Positions 42,875 through 53,909 of a DNA stretch of 64,000 bases are shown here, one piece after another (position 1 is the stretch's first letter; every line of letters begins with the position of its first letter). Source of the stretch: a virus. The notes beneath the pieces are model-generated. The model was given only the letters and a program-made list of their open reading frames with translations, was not told where the DNA came from and ran no database searches. Position numbers and translations under genes: made by a program. The stretch is from the IMG/VR virus record IMGVR_UViG_3300038312_000193, one strand, 5' to 3'.

Positions 42875-43658
42875 ATATAGAGAACATGAATATGCTGAAT
42901 TGATATATAACAATGGTTTTCAATCAAAATATATTCCTACAGAATTAAGATTGCTAGTATTATATTTTAGAGATGTATTAGAGATGAAACCTAAAGAACG
43001 TGAATATAGTTTATATAAATTTTGTAATAAATATATTCCTGATTTCAAAAAAGAAAATTATTATAAGTCTATTAAAACAGCGTTAAGAGCAGGATTAAAT
43101 AAGGAACAAAAATTAGTTACTATTAATAAAATTGATATATATCAATCAGAATTAGATTATATTAATTCATTAGAAATTAATCAAGAGTATAAGAAGGTTA
43201 TATTTACATTTCTGGTTCAGTTGAAGTTAAATAAAATAGTTTATGAATATAAGCGAAATAAAGAGTATGAGATGTTGTATTTTTATGGTGGTAAAATTAA
43301 ATATAACATGATTAAAAATATGTCAAACATACCTAAAGTAATATCTTTAAATGATGAAGTAATTAATACTTTAAACGAGTTGGGGTTAATTACTATATTA
43401 CATAGAGGTAAGATTAGTCTTGATTATATTAAGAATTGTATATCAGAGGGTGAAGTAGTAATTGAGATAACTGATTTTGAAAATGTGGGTTTGCATTTAG
43501 ATTATTATAATGGGGTTAAGGGAGTAATTAAGTGCGGTGGTTGTGAAAAAATTATAAAAACTAAAAATAACAGACAATTGTATTGTAAAGAATGTGCGAA
43601 GGAAATAGATAGAATAAAAGCAATAGAGCGTATGAAAAATATAAGATGTTCGATTTAG
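42864..43658 (+). CDS. RNAP-adjacent protein with C-terminal Zn finger
   Basis: Overlaps the RNAP stop; CGGC...YCKEC. Confidence 0.6.
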   Translation: MNYKYREHEYAELIYNNGFQSKYIPTELRLLVLYFRDVLEMKPKEREYSLYKFCNKYIPDFKKENYYKSIKTALRAGLNKEQKLVTINKIDIYQSELDYINSLEINQEYKKVIFTFLVQLKLNKIVYEYKRNKEYEMLYFYGGKIKYNMIKNMSNIPKVISLNDEVINTLNELGLITILHRGKISLDYIKNCISEGEVVIEITDFENVGLHLDYYNGVKGVIKCGGCEKIIKTKNNRQLYCKECAKEIDRIKAIERMKNIRCSI

Positions 43659-43817
43659 AAAATCTTTCAAAATGCCTATTTTACTATGTTTATAATAGAA
43701 TATATTTTTTCTTAACTTATGATATATTAGTAATATAAATTTTATAGGCATTTTGGTCGATAATGCTATCCCCTATTTTTAGAATTAATTAACAAATAAA
43801 AGGAGCAAATTTATAAC

Positions 43818-43994
43818 TTGCAATTAATAAGTAAATCACAATTTTTAGAGATGTTCCAATTAGGAATACTTAGTGGATCACGGAAAAGTAATAAAGAATG
43901 GACAGTAACTTGTGTAAAGAAAAAGAGTAAGAGAAAGAAACACTATGTCCATGATGCAGATTATGCGAAATATATTAGAGCAAGATATCCCTAG
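43818..43994 (+). CDS. small basic protein (58 aa)
   Basis: AAGGAG SD, TTG start; ...KKKSKRKKHYV... Confidence 0.55.
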   Translation: MQLISKSQFLEMFQLGILSGSRKSNKEWTVTCVKKKSKRKKHYVHDADYAKYIRARYP

Positions 43995-44009
43995 AAAGGA
44001 TGTTTATAT

Positions 44010-45221
44010 TTGAAAGTTTTTGTAGATACAAATGTGCTTATGTCTTACTCTACAGAATTATTTAGTACATATGATGAACTCTTTATTTGTGATGTGGTTT
44101 TGTCCGAACTTGATAAACATAAAACTTCATCTGATTTAAATAAGCAATTTCAAGCAAGACAAGCACATAGATTAATTAAACAAAATAAAAATAAAATTAA
44201 ATATTGTATGAAAAATGGTGATTTTAAATTACCTGATTCTTTTGATTTAAAAGATAATGATAATAAAATTATTAGTATATTAGGTGATTTGTACAATACT
44301 GATAATAGTGTTATTGCTTTATCAAATGACTCAAATTTTCAATTTAAATGTGAGTGTTTGGGATTGCCAGTTGAAGAGTTTGGTGATGATTGTAAACAAG
44401 ATATCTATAAAGGTTATAAGATTTTAAGAGGAGATACGGATTTTATTAATAATTTATTTCATGAAATTGATAAAGGTATTAATTCTTATAATTTTTTAAC
44501 TAATGAGTACCTTATTTTACATAATGAAGATGTCAAAGATACTTTTGAATATAGGTTTGATGGAAATAAATTTGTTGAATTAAGATTACCTCCATCAAAA
44601 GTTATTAAAGGGCGTAATAGTTTGCAAAGATGTTCTTTGGATTTATTGAATAATCGTGATATACCAATAAAGATTATTGCAGGAGGGTTCGGCACAGGTA
44701 AAAGTATTTCTTCAGTAAAGGTTGGATTATATCATACTCTTGATAAAAATTATTATAAGACCTTGGCATACATAAGAAATCCTATACCTGTTGATGATAC
44801 AGATATTGGTTTTCTCCCAGGTAGTAAGGCTGAAAAAATTTCAGATTATTGTAGACCATTTTTACAATATGTTAATAATAAAAAAGACCAACTTAGTGTT
44901 GATGAATTAATTAAAAATGGAAAAATAAAAATGGATGCAGTTTCATTCCTTAAAGGAGTATCTATTGAGGATAGTTTTGTAATTATGGATGAAGCTGAAG
45001 ACCTAAATTTAAAATTACTTAAAACAATTGGAAGTAGAATTGGTGAAAAATCATGCATTGTATTTACTGGTGATTGGGAGCAAAGTGAAGGTAAATATAA
45101 ATATGATAATGGATTACTTAAACTAATTCAGCAAAAAAAGGGTGATCCTCTTATGGGTGTTGTAGTATTAGACGAAGTTTTAAGAAGTCCTGTAAGTAAA
45201 TTATTTAATGATTTGAAATAA
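44010..45221 (+). CDS. phoH: PIN-PhoH protein
   Basis: PIN motifs VDTNV, ELD and ND.KII; PhoH motifs GGFGTGKS, IGFLPG, DEAE and TGD..Q. Confidence 0.9.
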   Translation: MKVFVDTNVLMSYSTELFSTYDELFICDVVLSELDKHKTSSDLNKQFQARQAHRLIKQNKNKIKYCMKNGDFKLPDSFDLKDNDNKIISILGDLYNTDNSVIALSNDSNFQFKCECLGLPVEEFGDDCKQDIYKGYKILRGDTDFINNLFHEIDKGINSYNFLTNEYLILHNEDVKDTFEYRFDGNKFVELRLPPSKVIKGRNSLQRCSLDLLNNRDIPIKIIAGGFGTGKSISSVKVGLYHTLDKNYYKTLAYIRNPIPVDDTDIGFLPGSKAEKISDYCRPFLQYVNNKKDQLSVDELIKNGKIKMDAVSFLKGVSIEDSFVIMDEAEDLNLKLLKTIGSRIGEKSCIVFTGDWEQSEGKYKYDNGLLKLIQQKKGDPLMGVVVLDEVLRSPVSKLFNDLK

Positions 45222-45248
45222 AATATTAGAATAAAAGGAGATTAAATT

Positions 45249-45524
45249 TTGAATAAAACTGAATTTGTAAATGCTTACGCAACTAAGACAAAACAAACAA
45301 AAAAGGCATCAGGAGAACAAGTGGATGCATTTTTACAAACATTAACAGAGGGGTTAGTAGAGAAAGGTAAAGTTGCATTTATGGACAATTGGAGTTTAGA
45401 AATAACATCTACAAATGAACGTAAGGGTCATAATCCTGCAACTGGTGAAGAGATTACTATACCTGCCGGAAAGAAAGTTAAGTTTAAAGCATCTAAGAAT
45501 TTTAAGAATGAAGTCTTAGGATAA
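45249..45524 (+). CDS. hup: HU-family DNA-binding protein
   Basis: MNKTEF...RKGHNPATGEEITIPA..VKFKAS. Confidence 0.92.
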   Translation: MNKTEFVNAYATKTKQTKKASGEQVDAFLQTLTEGLVEKGKVAFMDNWSLEITSTNERKGHNPATGEEITIPAGKKVKFKASKNFKNEVLG

Positions 45525-45625
45525 TATATATTTTTTTACATTATTTTAATAATATAATTATTTTGGATAATTGCCTTTTGTGGCATTATCATATATTTTA
45601 ATTAATTTTTTAAGGAGGAATTTTT

Positions 45626-46030
45626 ATGAGTAAATTTTTTGATCGGACAGGTATTTATTGTGATTCTATTTTTGGTGATTTAGTCTTAGGTTTTGGTAGA
45701 CCAACAAGGATTGTATTTAACTCAGAAGTTAAGGATATGCTTCCGTCATTCTGGAAGAAAAAGGATGATAAAACTTATCTTTGTACCGTAAAGACATTAG
45801 GAATAAACAGTGAAGATATTATTGTTGAAACTACAGATTATGGTATTAAAGTAAGTGGTTCTTCAGTAGTAAATGATTTTACATATGATACTGATATTGA
45901 ATTACCAATAGCTGAAAGTATTATGAACGAGGTCGAGAAAATTAAAGTAGTAAGTAAAAATGGTTTAACATTTATTACTTTGATATTAAATAAACCTGAA
46001 AAGAAAAAGGTTTTGATTGAAAAAGAGTAA
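45626..46030 (+). CDS. Hsp20/alpha-crystallin-like protein
   Basis: GI..EDI.V....I.VSG, ELP and KNGL..I.L.K pattern. Confidence 0.6.
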   Translation: MSKFFDRTGIYCDSIFGDLVLGFGRPTRIVFNSEVKDMLPSFWKKKDDKTYLCTVKTLGINSEDIIVETTDYGIKVSGSSVVNDFTYDTDIELPIAESIMNEVEKIKVVSKNGLTFITLILNKPEKKKVLIEKE

Positions 46031-46482
46031 TAAATTAAACAAAAATACTGCTTACGAGTGAGGCAGTTTGTATATTAATTCAAATATGGGGAGTCTGTTG
46101 ATTCCCCGTTACCTAAATTAATGGGAACTGACTACCTACAGGAGCAGTTACCTATCTAATTCTACTTAACAATGCGCTATAGGCGTAATAATCTAGTAAC
46201 CAATAGGATGTACACAAAACTTAACAGGTGTAATTCTATATTACATGGCTCTTCATAAACAGAACTAAACAAGCCTCTTAATAATGCTGAAATAGTTTAG
46301 TCGGAAGGATAGTTTTGCCTTGAGGTTATATCGAAAACGGGAATTGACTTATTTATATAGGCAGTTACCCGTTTTTTAAATTGAATAGGGTTGAAATCCC
46401 GAACAAAGAAGAAGTGGGAGATGACTTTTGCATTTACCCACTTTTATTATTTATAACTCCAATTTAATTAAAGGAGAATTAT

Positions 46483-47676
46483 ATGGATGTAAATAAAAAA
46501 GAAAATGAGAGTAATTTTGATTATATTATTCGGCTTGTAGATGGTAAATCAAATGGTTTGTACGATATAGATTATACTGAATTATTTAAATTGGGGTTCG
46601 GTGTTGAGTTAAACCCAGACGAATGTAGAAAAAGGTACTACGGGTTAAAAATGATACTTCCCTATTTGGATAATGAGAAAGTTAAAAATATTACTGAAGA
46701 TGATATTTTAAAAGAATATGAATTAAAGAAAATTAACTTTGAGAAAGAGAAAATAAAATTCCAAGACCAAAGGCGTGAATATTTTAATCTTCTAAGAGAA
46801 AGTGCTAGATTAGACCATATTAAAGAACACATAGAAAAAGTTGCTTTAGATGTTTCTAAACAAAAACCTTTAGAATGGGAACCAATTTATAAATTTGGTA
46901 AATATAAAGAAGGTATACTTTTAATTTCAGATTTTCACTTTGGTTTAGAAATTGAGAATTTTTTAAATACATATAATAAAGAAGAATTTTTAAAGAGAAT
47001 TAATAGATTGACTATGAAAACTATAGAATATGGTAAATTTCATGGTATTAAAACACTTCATGTTGTAAATCTTAATGATCTTGTATCAGGATTAATTCAC
47101 GTTACCGTTAGAATTGCAAATACTGAAGATGTGATTGAACAAACTCAATTTATTTCAGAGATTTTAGCAGAAGTATTATGTAAATTTGCAAATGAATTTG
47201 AAGAAGTTAATTTCTATAGTGTTTTAGATAATCACAGTAGGGTCACACCTAATAAAAAAGAAGCAATAGATAATGAATCTTTTGCTCGTTTTATTCCTTG
47301 GTATTTGAAACCTAGATTAAAAGATATACCTAATATTTCTATTATTGAAAACGAACTGGATAGTAGTATTGGGGTTATTGATGTTTGTGGGTATACTTGT
47401 TTTGCGGTGCATGGGCATCAAGATAGTGTAAAAAGTGCTACTTCTGATTTAGCAATGATGGTTAAACAATTTCCTGATTATGTGTTTTTAAGTCATTATC
47501 ATCATAGTCAAGAAGATGAAATACATAGTTGTGAAGTTATCGTAAATTCTAGTCTATGTGGAACAGATGAATATGCTAAAAGATTAAGAAAAACTAGTAA
47601 ACCAGCACAAAAATTCATGGTTTTTAATGAAGAAGAAGGAAGAGAGTGTACTTATTCAATTAGATTAGATAGATAA
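46483..47676 (+). CDS. Calcineurin-like metallophosphoesterase
   Basis: SDFH, ND, NH, HGH and HYH. Confidence 0.85.
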   Translation: MDVNKKENESNFDYIIRLVDGKSNGLYDIDYTELFKLGFGVELNPDECRKRYYGLKMILPYLDNEKVKNITEDDILKEYELKKINFEKEKIKFQDQRREYFNLLRESARLDHIKEHIEKVALDVSKQKPLEWEPIYKFGKYKEGILLISDFHFGLEIENFLNTYNKEEFLKRINRLTMKTIEYGKFHGIKTLHVVNLNDLVSGLIHVTVRIANTEDVIEQTQFISEILAEVLCKFANEFEEVNFYSVLDNHSRVTPNKKEAIDNESFARFIPWYLKPRLKDIPNISIIENELDSSIGVIDVCGYTCFAVHGHQDSVKSATSDLAMMVKQFPDYVFLSHYHHSQEDEIHSCEVIVNSSLCGTDEYAKRLRKTSKPAQKFMVFNEEEGRECTYSIRLDR

Positions 47677-47712
47677 TATAAATTAACTTTGGAAGGTTAA
47701 ATTGGTGTGTCT

Positions 47713-47976
47713 ATGCCTGATTTATTAATAGGATTATTTAGTGGATTATTGCTCGGAATCATTATTGAAAAGTATATATTCCCTGCTTTAGATATATTGT
47801 TTGAAATATTTACTGCAAAAACCTCTAAAGAAATAACAGAACATAATTTAAATATACAAGAAATGTCATGTGAATTGCTTAGAGCATATCCTGAGTTGAA
47901 AGATGGTAATGTTGTAGAACAAACTAATGCAATAGGTTTTAATATTATCGATGATTATGAATATGAAGAAGATTAG
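47713..47976 (+). CDS. small membrane protein
   Basis: N-terminal hydrophobic helix. Confidence 0.55.
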   Translation: MPDLLIGLFSGLLLGIIIEKYIFPALDILFEIFTAKTSKEITEHNLNIQEMSCELLRAYPELKDGNVVEQTNAIGFNIIDDYEYEED

Positions 47977-48191
47977 TTTCTTAATTAAAATGATATTACA
48001 ATTTTAAAAAAGTAATAATTTATTTCATTAATATAATTTAAAAATTAGTTAATAGAAGAAGGTAGATTTAAGTAAATTTAATAAAAATAGGTTGAGAGTC
48101 GCTATCTTAACTGACAAGAGTGGGATACCTTACACCCACTCTTTTTTATTATAAAAATGTAAGGGGTAATACTGGTAAGGAGTGTTGGAGA

Positions 48192-49121
48192 ATGGGTAAG
48201 TGTTTAACATTTGAAGAAGTGAAATATTATATTGAAAGTTTAGGTTATATTTTAATTGATATAATATATATTAATATTTTTTCAAAAATAACTTTTAAAG
48301 ATATAGACGGTTTTTATTATTATTTACATATAAGTAATTTAAAAAAGGGATTTATTCCCAGTAAATTTCACAAATCTAATCCTTATACAATTCAAAACAT
48401 AAAACTATGGTGTAAATTAAACAATAAACCATTTGAATTATTAAGTGAAGAATTTAAAGGTGCAAATAAAAACCTTAAATGGAGATGTTTAAAAGAAGAT
48501 TGTGGAGAGATATTTGAAGCAAACTGGAATAAAATCATAATAGATAGAGGTTGTCCTTTTTGCGCAGGACATCAAGTAGGTTTATCTAATTGTCTAGCAA
48601 CTAAAAATCCAGAACTTGCGTCTGAATGGCATCCAACCAAAAATGATGATTTAACTCCATATGATGTGACTTGTGGAAGTAAAAAATACGTATGGTGGAA
48701 ATGTAAAGAGTGTGGTTTTGAATGGGATGCAAGTATTGTTAATAGAAGAAATAATGGTTGCCCAAAATGTGCTGAATCAAAAGGTGAAAAAAGAATAAGT
48801 AAATGGTTGAATTTAAATAATATATCCTATTGTAGAGAATTTGTTTTTAATAATTTATTAAGTGATTTAGGAAATCCATTGAGATATGATTTTGCTATAT
48901 TTGATAATGTAGATAAAACACAATTAAATATGTTAATTGAATATGATGGGAAACAGCATTATGAATGGGTTAAAGGCTTTTATACAAAACAAGATTTTAT
49001 AAAAATACAATATCACGATAAATTAAAAAATGATTATTGTATAAATCATAATATAAAATTATTAAGAATTCCTTATTGGGATTTTGATAATATTGAAGAG
49101 ATTTTAGATAAGGAATTCTAA
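48192..49121 (+). CDS. Free-standing Zn-ribbon plus PD-(D/E)XK/Vsr-like (homing-type) endonuclease
   Basis: LASEWHPTKN...WWKC, SKGE, RYDF, IEYDGKQH and LLRIPYW. Confidence 0.8.
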   Translation: MGKCLTFEEVKYYIESLGYILIDIIYINIFSKITFKDIDGFYYYLHISNLKKGFIPSKFHKSNPYTIQNIKLWCKLNNKPFELLSEEFKGANKNLKWRCLKEDCGEIFEANWNKIIIDRGCPFCAGHQVGLSNCLATKNPELASEWHPTKNDDLTPYDVTCGSKKYVWWKCKECGFEWDASIVNRRNNGCPKCAESKGEKRISKWLNLNNISYCREFVFNNLLSDLGNPLRYDFAIFDNVDKTQLNMLIEYDGKQHYEWVKGFYTKQDFIKIQYHDKLKNDYCINHNIKLLRIPYWDFDNIEEILDKEF

Positions 49122-49156
49122 TTAAAATATTAAAAGAATAAAAGGAGATTAATATA

Positions 49157-49525
49157 TTGAAATTAACAATTAGTACCTATTATAATAATGAGTCTGGTGA
49201 GTATCTTACAACTAAATTCTATATAGATGGTGAAGAATGTAGCGAAGAAGAATATTGCGAAATATTAGAAGATTTGAATAATATAAATAATGAAGTTGAT
49301 TGTGATGGTAATTGTGAAGAATGCCCTAACAATAAATATGAACAGGAACAAGAAGAAAATCAATTTCTTCGTGCAGTAACAGATGCAGTTAATGATACTT
49401 TAGAAATGTTTGAAGATGAAAATACTTGTGATGATTGTAAATTTGAAGCATTGATGGGGTTAGTATTTTTAGGTGTAAACGGTGCATTACAAGGATGTGT
49501 GATAAAAGATAGTGGTTTTAATTAA
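49157..49525 (+). CDS. acidic Cys-rich hypothetical protein
   Basis: AGGAG SD; CDGNCEEC. Confidence 0.6.
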   Translation: MKLTISTYYNNESGEYLTTKFYIDGEECSEEEYCEILEDLNNINNEVDCDGNCEECPNNKYEQEQEENQFLRAVTDAVNDTLEMFEDENTCDDCKFEALMGLVFLGVNGALQGCVIKDSGFN

Positions 49526-49535
49526 ATATTGCTTA

Positions 49536-49570
49536 AATGCCCTGTTGGTTTACTAACCAGGGCATTTTGT
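49536..49570 (+). terminator. hairpin, probable terminator
   Basis: AAATGCCCTG...CAGGGCATTTT. Confidence 0.55.
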
Positions 49571-49745
49571 CATGCATTTAATTATGAAATGCCATGAAAT
49601 TATGGTTTGATGATAATATTTAGAAATATAAATATGTTTATTTTAGAAGAGAGGTTTTTAGGGGTCGCTCCCCTATTCTCCGTACCCTCTCTTCTATTTT
49701 TATTTAAAGGGTTAGTACGGAGAAATAAAAATGTACGGAAAGAGG

Positions 49746-51068
49746 ATGATAAAGATGCTATTAACAAAAGAAGTTGAGGTTCAAGTAGTTGGAGGTACTT
49801 TAAAATACTATAGATCATTGGGTTATGATGTAAAGTGTAATGATAAAATATTAGTTAGTGTCTCAGATTTAAAGAAACGTTCAAAAGAAATGGTAAAAGT
49901 ACAATGTGATGATTGTGGTAAAGTGTTTGATTTTCATTTTGATGCTTATCGTAAATATAGAGATGATTTTATTAATTGTAAATATCAATGTAGAGATTGT
50001 GAAATAAAAGAAATATGGGATAGGGTTAAAGATGAATGTGTTAATTTGAATTTTACTTTAATTAGTGATATATCACATTATAAAACACATAAAAGTGAAG
50101 TTAAATTTATTTGTAATAATCATAAGGATTATGGAATTCAAAAAGTTACAGTTAATACTTTATTAGTTAAACATTGTGGATGTAAATTATGTGCTAATGA
50201 GAAAAAAGCGAAATCTAAAGTATTAGAATTTGAGTTAGTTAAATCTAAATTTGATGAAGTAGGATATATTTTATTAGAAACAGAATATATTAGTGCAAAA
50301 ACTCCGATGAGATATATTTGTCCTAAACATCCTGATATAATTCAGAAAATAACATATGATAAACTAAGTCATGGGCAAGGTTGTAAATATTGTGGATACG
50401 AGAAAATAGGTAAACATTTTAGACATTCATTTGAATATGTTTGGGATTGTTTTAATGATAAAAATTTAATCCTTATAGATGATGACTATAAAAATGACAC
50501 ACTTCCTTTAAGATATATATGCAAAAAGCATAGAAATAAAGGGATTCAAACAATTACTTTTAGTAGTTTAAAGGTAAGTGATTTTGGTTGTAAATATTGT
50601 GCCATAGAATATAGAGCATCTTTAATGAGTAAAGGTGGTGTAACCCCTTTACATAATTATTTACGAGAAAGAATTAATTCTTGGAAAGAAGATAGTATTA
50701 AGAATTATCATTACAAATGTGTATTAACGGGTGGACGATTTGATGTGATTCATCATTTATATGGATTTAATATGATTTTATTAGAAACATTAGATAACTT
50801 ACGTTTATCAATTCATCCGCAAGTAGGTTTATATACAGACAATGAATTATTATTAATTGAACAAGAATGTTTAAAGTTACATTATAAATATGGATTAGGT
50901 GTATGTTTGTGCAAACCTTTACATAATTTATTTCATAAATTTTATTCTAAAGGAGAAAATACTCCAGAACAATTTGAAGAATTTAAACAAAGATATTATA
51001 ATTTTGAATTTGATGATTTATTAGACAATAAATATAAATATAAGAATATCCTGTCTAAAGTTAGTTGA
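49746..51068 (+). CDS. Free-standing HNH endonuclease with repeated Zn ribbons
   Basis: Repeated C..H/GC..C units; C-terminal VIHHL...GVCLC..LH..FH. Confidence 0.8.
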   Translation: MIKMLLTKEVEVQVVGGTLKYYRSLGYDVKCNDKILVSVSDLKKRSKEMVKVQCDDCGKVFDFHFDAYRKYRDDFINCKYQCRDCEIKEIWDRVKDECVNLNFTLISDISHYKTHKSEVKFICNNHKDYGIQKVTVNTLLVKHCGCKLCANEKKAKSKVLEFELVKSKFDEVGYILLETEYISAKTPMRYICPKHPDIIQKITYDKLSHGQGCKYCGYEKIGKHFRHSFEYVWDCFNDKNLILIDDDYKNDTLPLRYICKKHRNKGIQTITFSSLKVSDFGCKYCAIEYRASLMSKGGVTPLHNYLRERINSWKEDSIKNYHYKCVLTGGRFDVIHHLYGFNMILLETLDNLRLSIHPQVGLYTDNELLLIEQECLKLHYKYGLGVCLCKPLHNLFHKFYSKGENTPEQFEEFKQRYYNFEFDDLLDNKYKYKNILSKVS

Positions 51069-51087
51069 TTAAAAGGTGGTGGTGATA

Positions 51088-52122
51088 ATGCCAAAATTAG
51101 GTAAAAAACCTTATATTCCCAAAAAGGATTTAAACTTAACTTGTGCAGCATGTGGGGAATTAAAAAAGGAAACAAATTTTTACACTAGTTATAATCCTAT
51201 TCATCAAACTGGACGTATCCCTTACTGCAAGTCTTGTCTTAAAAAAATGATTAGTGATGAAAAAGGAAATGTAACAATAGATAAATTACAGTCCACTCTT
51301 CAATTAATGGATCGTCCGTTTATTTTTGATCTTTGGAAAATATCTTTAGAAGGTAAAATGGATAGTTTTGGTTGCTATATGAAAAATTTAAGTCTTAAAC
51401 AAAATCGTGAACTTACATGGAAAGATTCTGAATTTAAACCTCAGTTAAATAGTGGATTAAATTATGATAAAACATTAGATGTAGATATTAATAATAATGA
51501 TAATAATGATGTTAATATATCAGAAGATTTAATTGAAAAATGGGGTTTTGGATATACCGAACAGGAATTATCTTTATTTGAAAAGAAATGGAAACAACTT
51601 ATAGATAATTACGGTGAAAAAACATCTTTTCATATAGAAGGATTAAAAACATATATAAGATTTAGAGTTAAAGAAGAATTGGCAACCGCAAAGGGTGAAG
51701 TCAAAGATGCAAAAGAATGGGCAGCAATGGCTAAAGATGCTGCTACTGCTGCAAAAATTAATGTTTCACAATTATCAAAATCTGATATTAGTGGTGGAGT
51801 AGATTTACTTCCACAATTATTTGAGGCAGTTGAATCAGAAGTAGGTATAATTCCTATACTACCTTATTTAAAAGAACAACCTTATGATGATGCAGATTTG
51901 ATTATTTGGACTATTGTTAATTATATAAGAAGATTGGAAGATAAACCAAGAATTGAATATAAAGAAATTTGGAATTTTTATGATCAAATGCTTTCAGATT
52001 ATTATAACCAAAAGGGTTATTCAAATGAAATGGTGCAAAAAGAAAAAATAAAAAGAAATAACGTATTTAGAGATTTAGGAGAAGTTTATAAAGAACCTGT
52101 TTATGAAGATGGTGATAATTAA
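51088..52122 (+). CDS. Putative terminase small subunit
   Basis: Overlaps TerL; N-terminal CxxC...CxxC; position as in SPbeta. Confidence 0.55.
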   Translation: MPKLGKKPYIPKKDLNLTCAACGELKKETNFYTSYNPIHQTGRIPYCKSCLKKMISDEKGNVTIDKLQSTLQLMDRPFIFDLWKISLEGKMDSFGCYMKNLSLKQNRELTWKDSEFKPQLNSGLNYDKTLDVDINNNDNNDVNISEDLIEKWGFGYTEQELSLFEKKWKQLIDNYGEKTSFHIEGLKTYIRFRVKEELATAKGEVKDAKEWAAMAKDAATAAKINVSQLSKSDISGGVDLLPQLFEAVESEVGIIPILPYLKEQPYDDADLIIWTIVNYIRRLEDKPRIEYKEIWNFYDQMLSDYYNQKGYSNEMVQKEKIKRNNVFRDLGEVYKEPVYEDGDN

Positions 52123-53876
52123 TGCCCTCTTATGCTAATTTTGAGAGTAAAAATAAAAAATATACTAAAAATAGATATGATATTTATGAACCAGCTTTTG
52201 AAACTCCTTTAAAAGCATCTGAATATAATTCAAATATAATTACAAGAAATATACAGGACTTTTCTGAAGTATGTTCTTTTCTTCGTTGGATGCCAGATAT
52301 TTTTTGGGATATGTATAAACCTGAAAATGGTGGTTTAGTTTTTGATTTACACCAAAGAGTAATGATTAGATTATTAGCAAGATTTCCCGAAAATTATTTT
52401 TGCGCTCCTAGAGGGATTAGTAAAACATTAATTCATGTAATGAACCAATACTGTACGGCCTGTTGTTTCCCTGGAGTGTCTCTCTCGATCACAGCTTCAA
52501 CCAAAGAACAATCGGTTAAGATTTGGAAAGATAAACATGATGAAATTCTAAGATTTTATCCTTCGTTTGCTGAAAATATTAGATCGGCAACCTTTTCCAA
52601 AGACTCTGGAAAAGTTGAATTTGTAAATGGAAGTGTGGTTGATAATCTTGCAAATTCCCAACAGAGTAAAGGTTTGAGGAGGCACAGAGGTGGTCTGGAA
52701 GAAAGCGCATTAATTGATAAAGATACATATGATGATTGTATTGAACCAATTTTTAACATTGGTAGAACTACAATGACTAGTGAAAATGATCCAGAAGAAT
52801 TGAATGGACAAATTAATAGATATAGTACTTCAGGTTATAAAAATAGTGATGAATATGAAAAAATTATAACTATTGCAAAAAATATGGTTGATTTAAAAGG
52901 GTCATTCGTTTTTGGTTCAGATTGGTTTATACCTGTTCATTTTGGTAGACAAAAGAAATCAACTATAGATAAAGCAAGAAAAAGTAATATAATTCGTTTT
53001 AAACAAAATTACTTATGTGATTGGGTAGGAGTAAGTGATGGTGGTTTAATTAATATTAGTAAATTAATTAAAGCTAGGACTATTACTTTACCCGAATTAG
53101 AATGTCCAAGAGATAAAAGAGGAAATTATGAATTATGTGAATATGTATTAGGTGTTGATGTAGCAAGAAGTTCTTCAGAAAATAATAATAAATCAGCTAT
53201 AGTTGTTTTAAAAATTATTAGAAATCAATCAGGATTAATTAGGCAAATTCATATTGTCAATATAATAACACCCCCAAATGGTTTGAATTATGAAGAACAA
53301 TCGGTAATAGTTAAAAGAGTTTTTTATCAATATGGTGGTAATTTAGATATTGGCAAATCTAGAGTAAAAGCTATCGTGGTCGATGGGAATGTAATTGGGC
53401 AGGGGTTAGTTGAAAAATTATTGGAAGATGTAACCGATTTTGAAACTAATCAAGAATTAGGGTGTTTTGCAACTATTAATACAGATGATAAACCGAAAGT
53501 TAAAGATGCACCTCCTTTTGTTTATGTTTTAAAAGCACAAGGTATTAATGGTGATATTATTAGAGAGTTTATAAATTATGTTGAGTCCAATAAATTAAAA
53601 TTAGTGAAGTCTTTTGATGATATTAAACAAAATATACCAAAGGAGATTAATGAAGAAATAATAGAAACTATTTGTTTACAAACACAATTATTAATAGATG
53701 AAGTAGCAAATTTAAAACTAAAAAAAACGCAAAATTCAATAACCGTAGAGCAAGTAGTTAAAAGGGTCGATAAAGATAGGTATTCAGGACTTGTTTATGG
53801 TTTGTATTACATATCTATGTTTTTAGAAGGAGAACAAGATGATTCTGATTATGATTTTGTTTTTGCATCATCGTAA
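52122..53876 (+). CDS. terL: Terminase large subunit
   Basis: APRGISKT, KGLRRH..LEESA, STSG, LGVDVAR and DKDRYS. Confidence 0.9.
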   Translation: MPSYANFESKNKKYTKNRYDIYEPAFETPLKASEYNSNIITRNIQDFSEVCSFLRWMPDIFWDMYKPENGGLVFDLHQRVMIRLLARFPENYFCAPRGISKTLIHVMNQYCTACCFPGVSLSITASTKEQSVKIWKDKHDEILRFYPSFAENIRSATFSKDSGKVEFVNGSVVDNLANSQQSKGLRRHRGGLEESALIDKDTYDDCIEPIFNIGRTTMTSENDPEELNGQINRYSTSGYKNSDEYEKIITIAKNMVDLKGSFVFGSDWFIPVHFGRQKKSTIDKARKSNIIRFKQNYLCDWVGVSDGGLINISKLIKARTITLPELECPRDKRGNYELCEYVLGVDVARSSSENNNKSAIVVLKIIRNQSGLIRQIHIVNIITPPNGLNYEEQSVIVKRVFYQYGGNLDIGKSRVKAIVVDGNVIGQGLVEKLLEDVTDFETNQELGCFATINTDDKPKVKDAPPFVYVLKAQGINGDIIREFINYVESNKLKLVKSFDDIKQNIPKEINEEIIETICLQTQLLIDEVANLKLKKTQNSITVEQVVKRVDKDRYSGLVYGLYYISMFLEGEQDDSDYDFVFASS

Positions 53877-53909
53877 TATAAATATCTATAGAAAGGAGGT
53901 TTCCTTTTA

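Noticed and set aside
46285-46335. tRNA gene (GCTGAAATAGTTTAGTCGG looks like an acceptor plus D arm)
   Set aside because: No T-loop GTTCRA and no complementary acceptor 3' strand.
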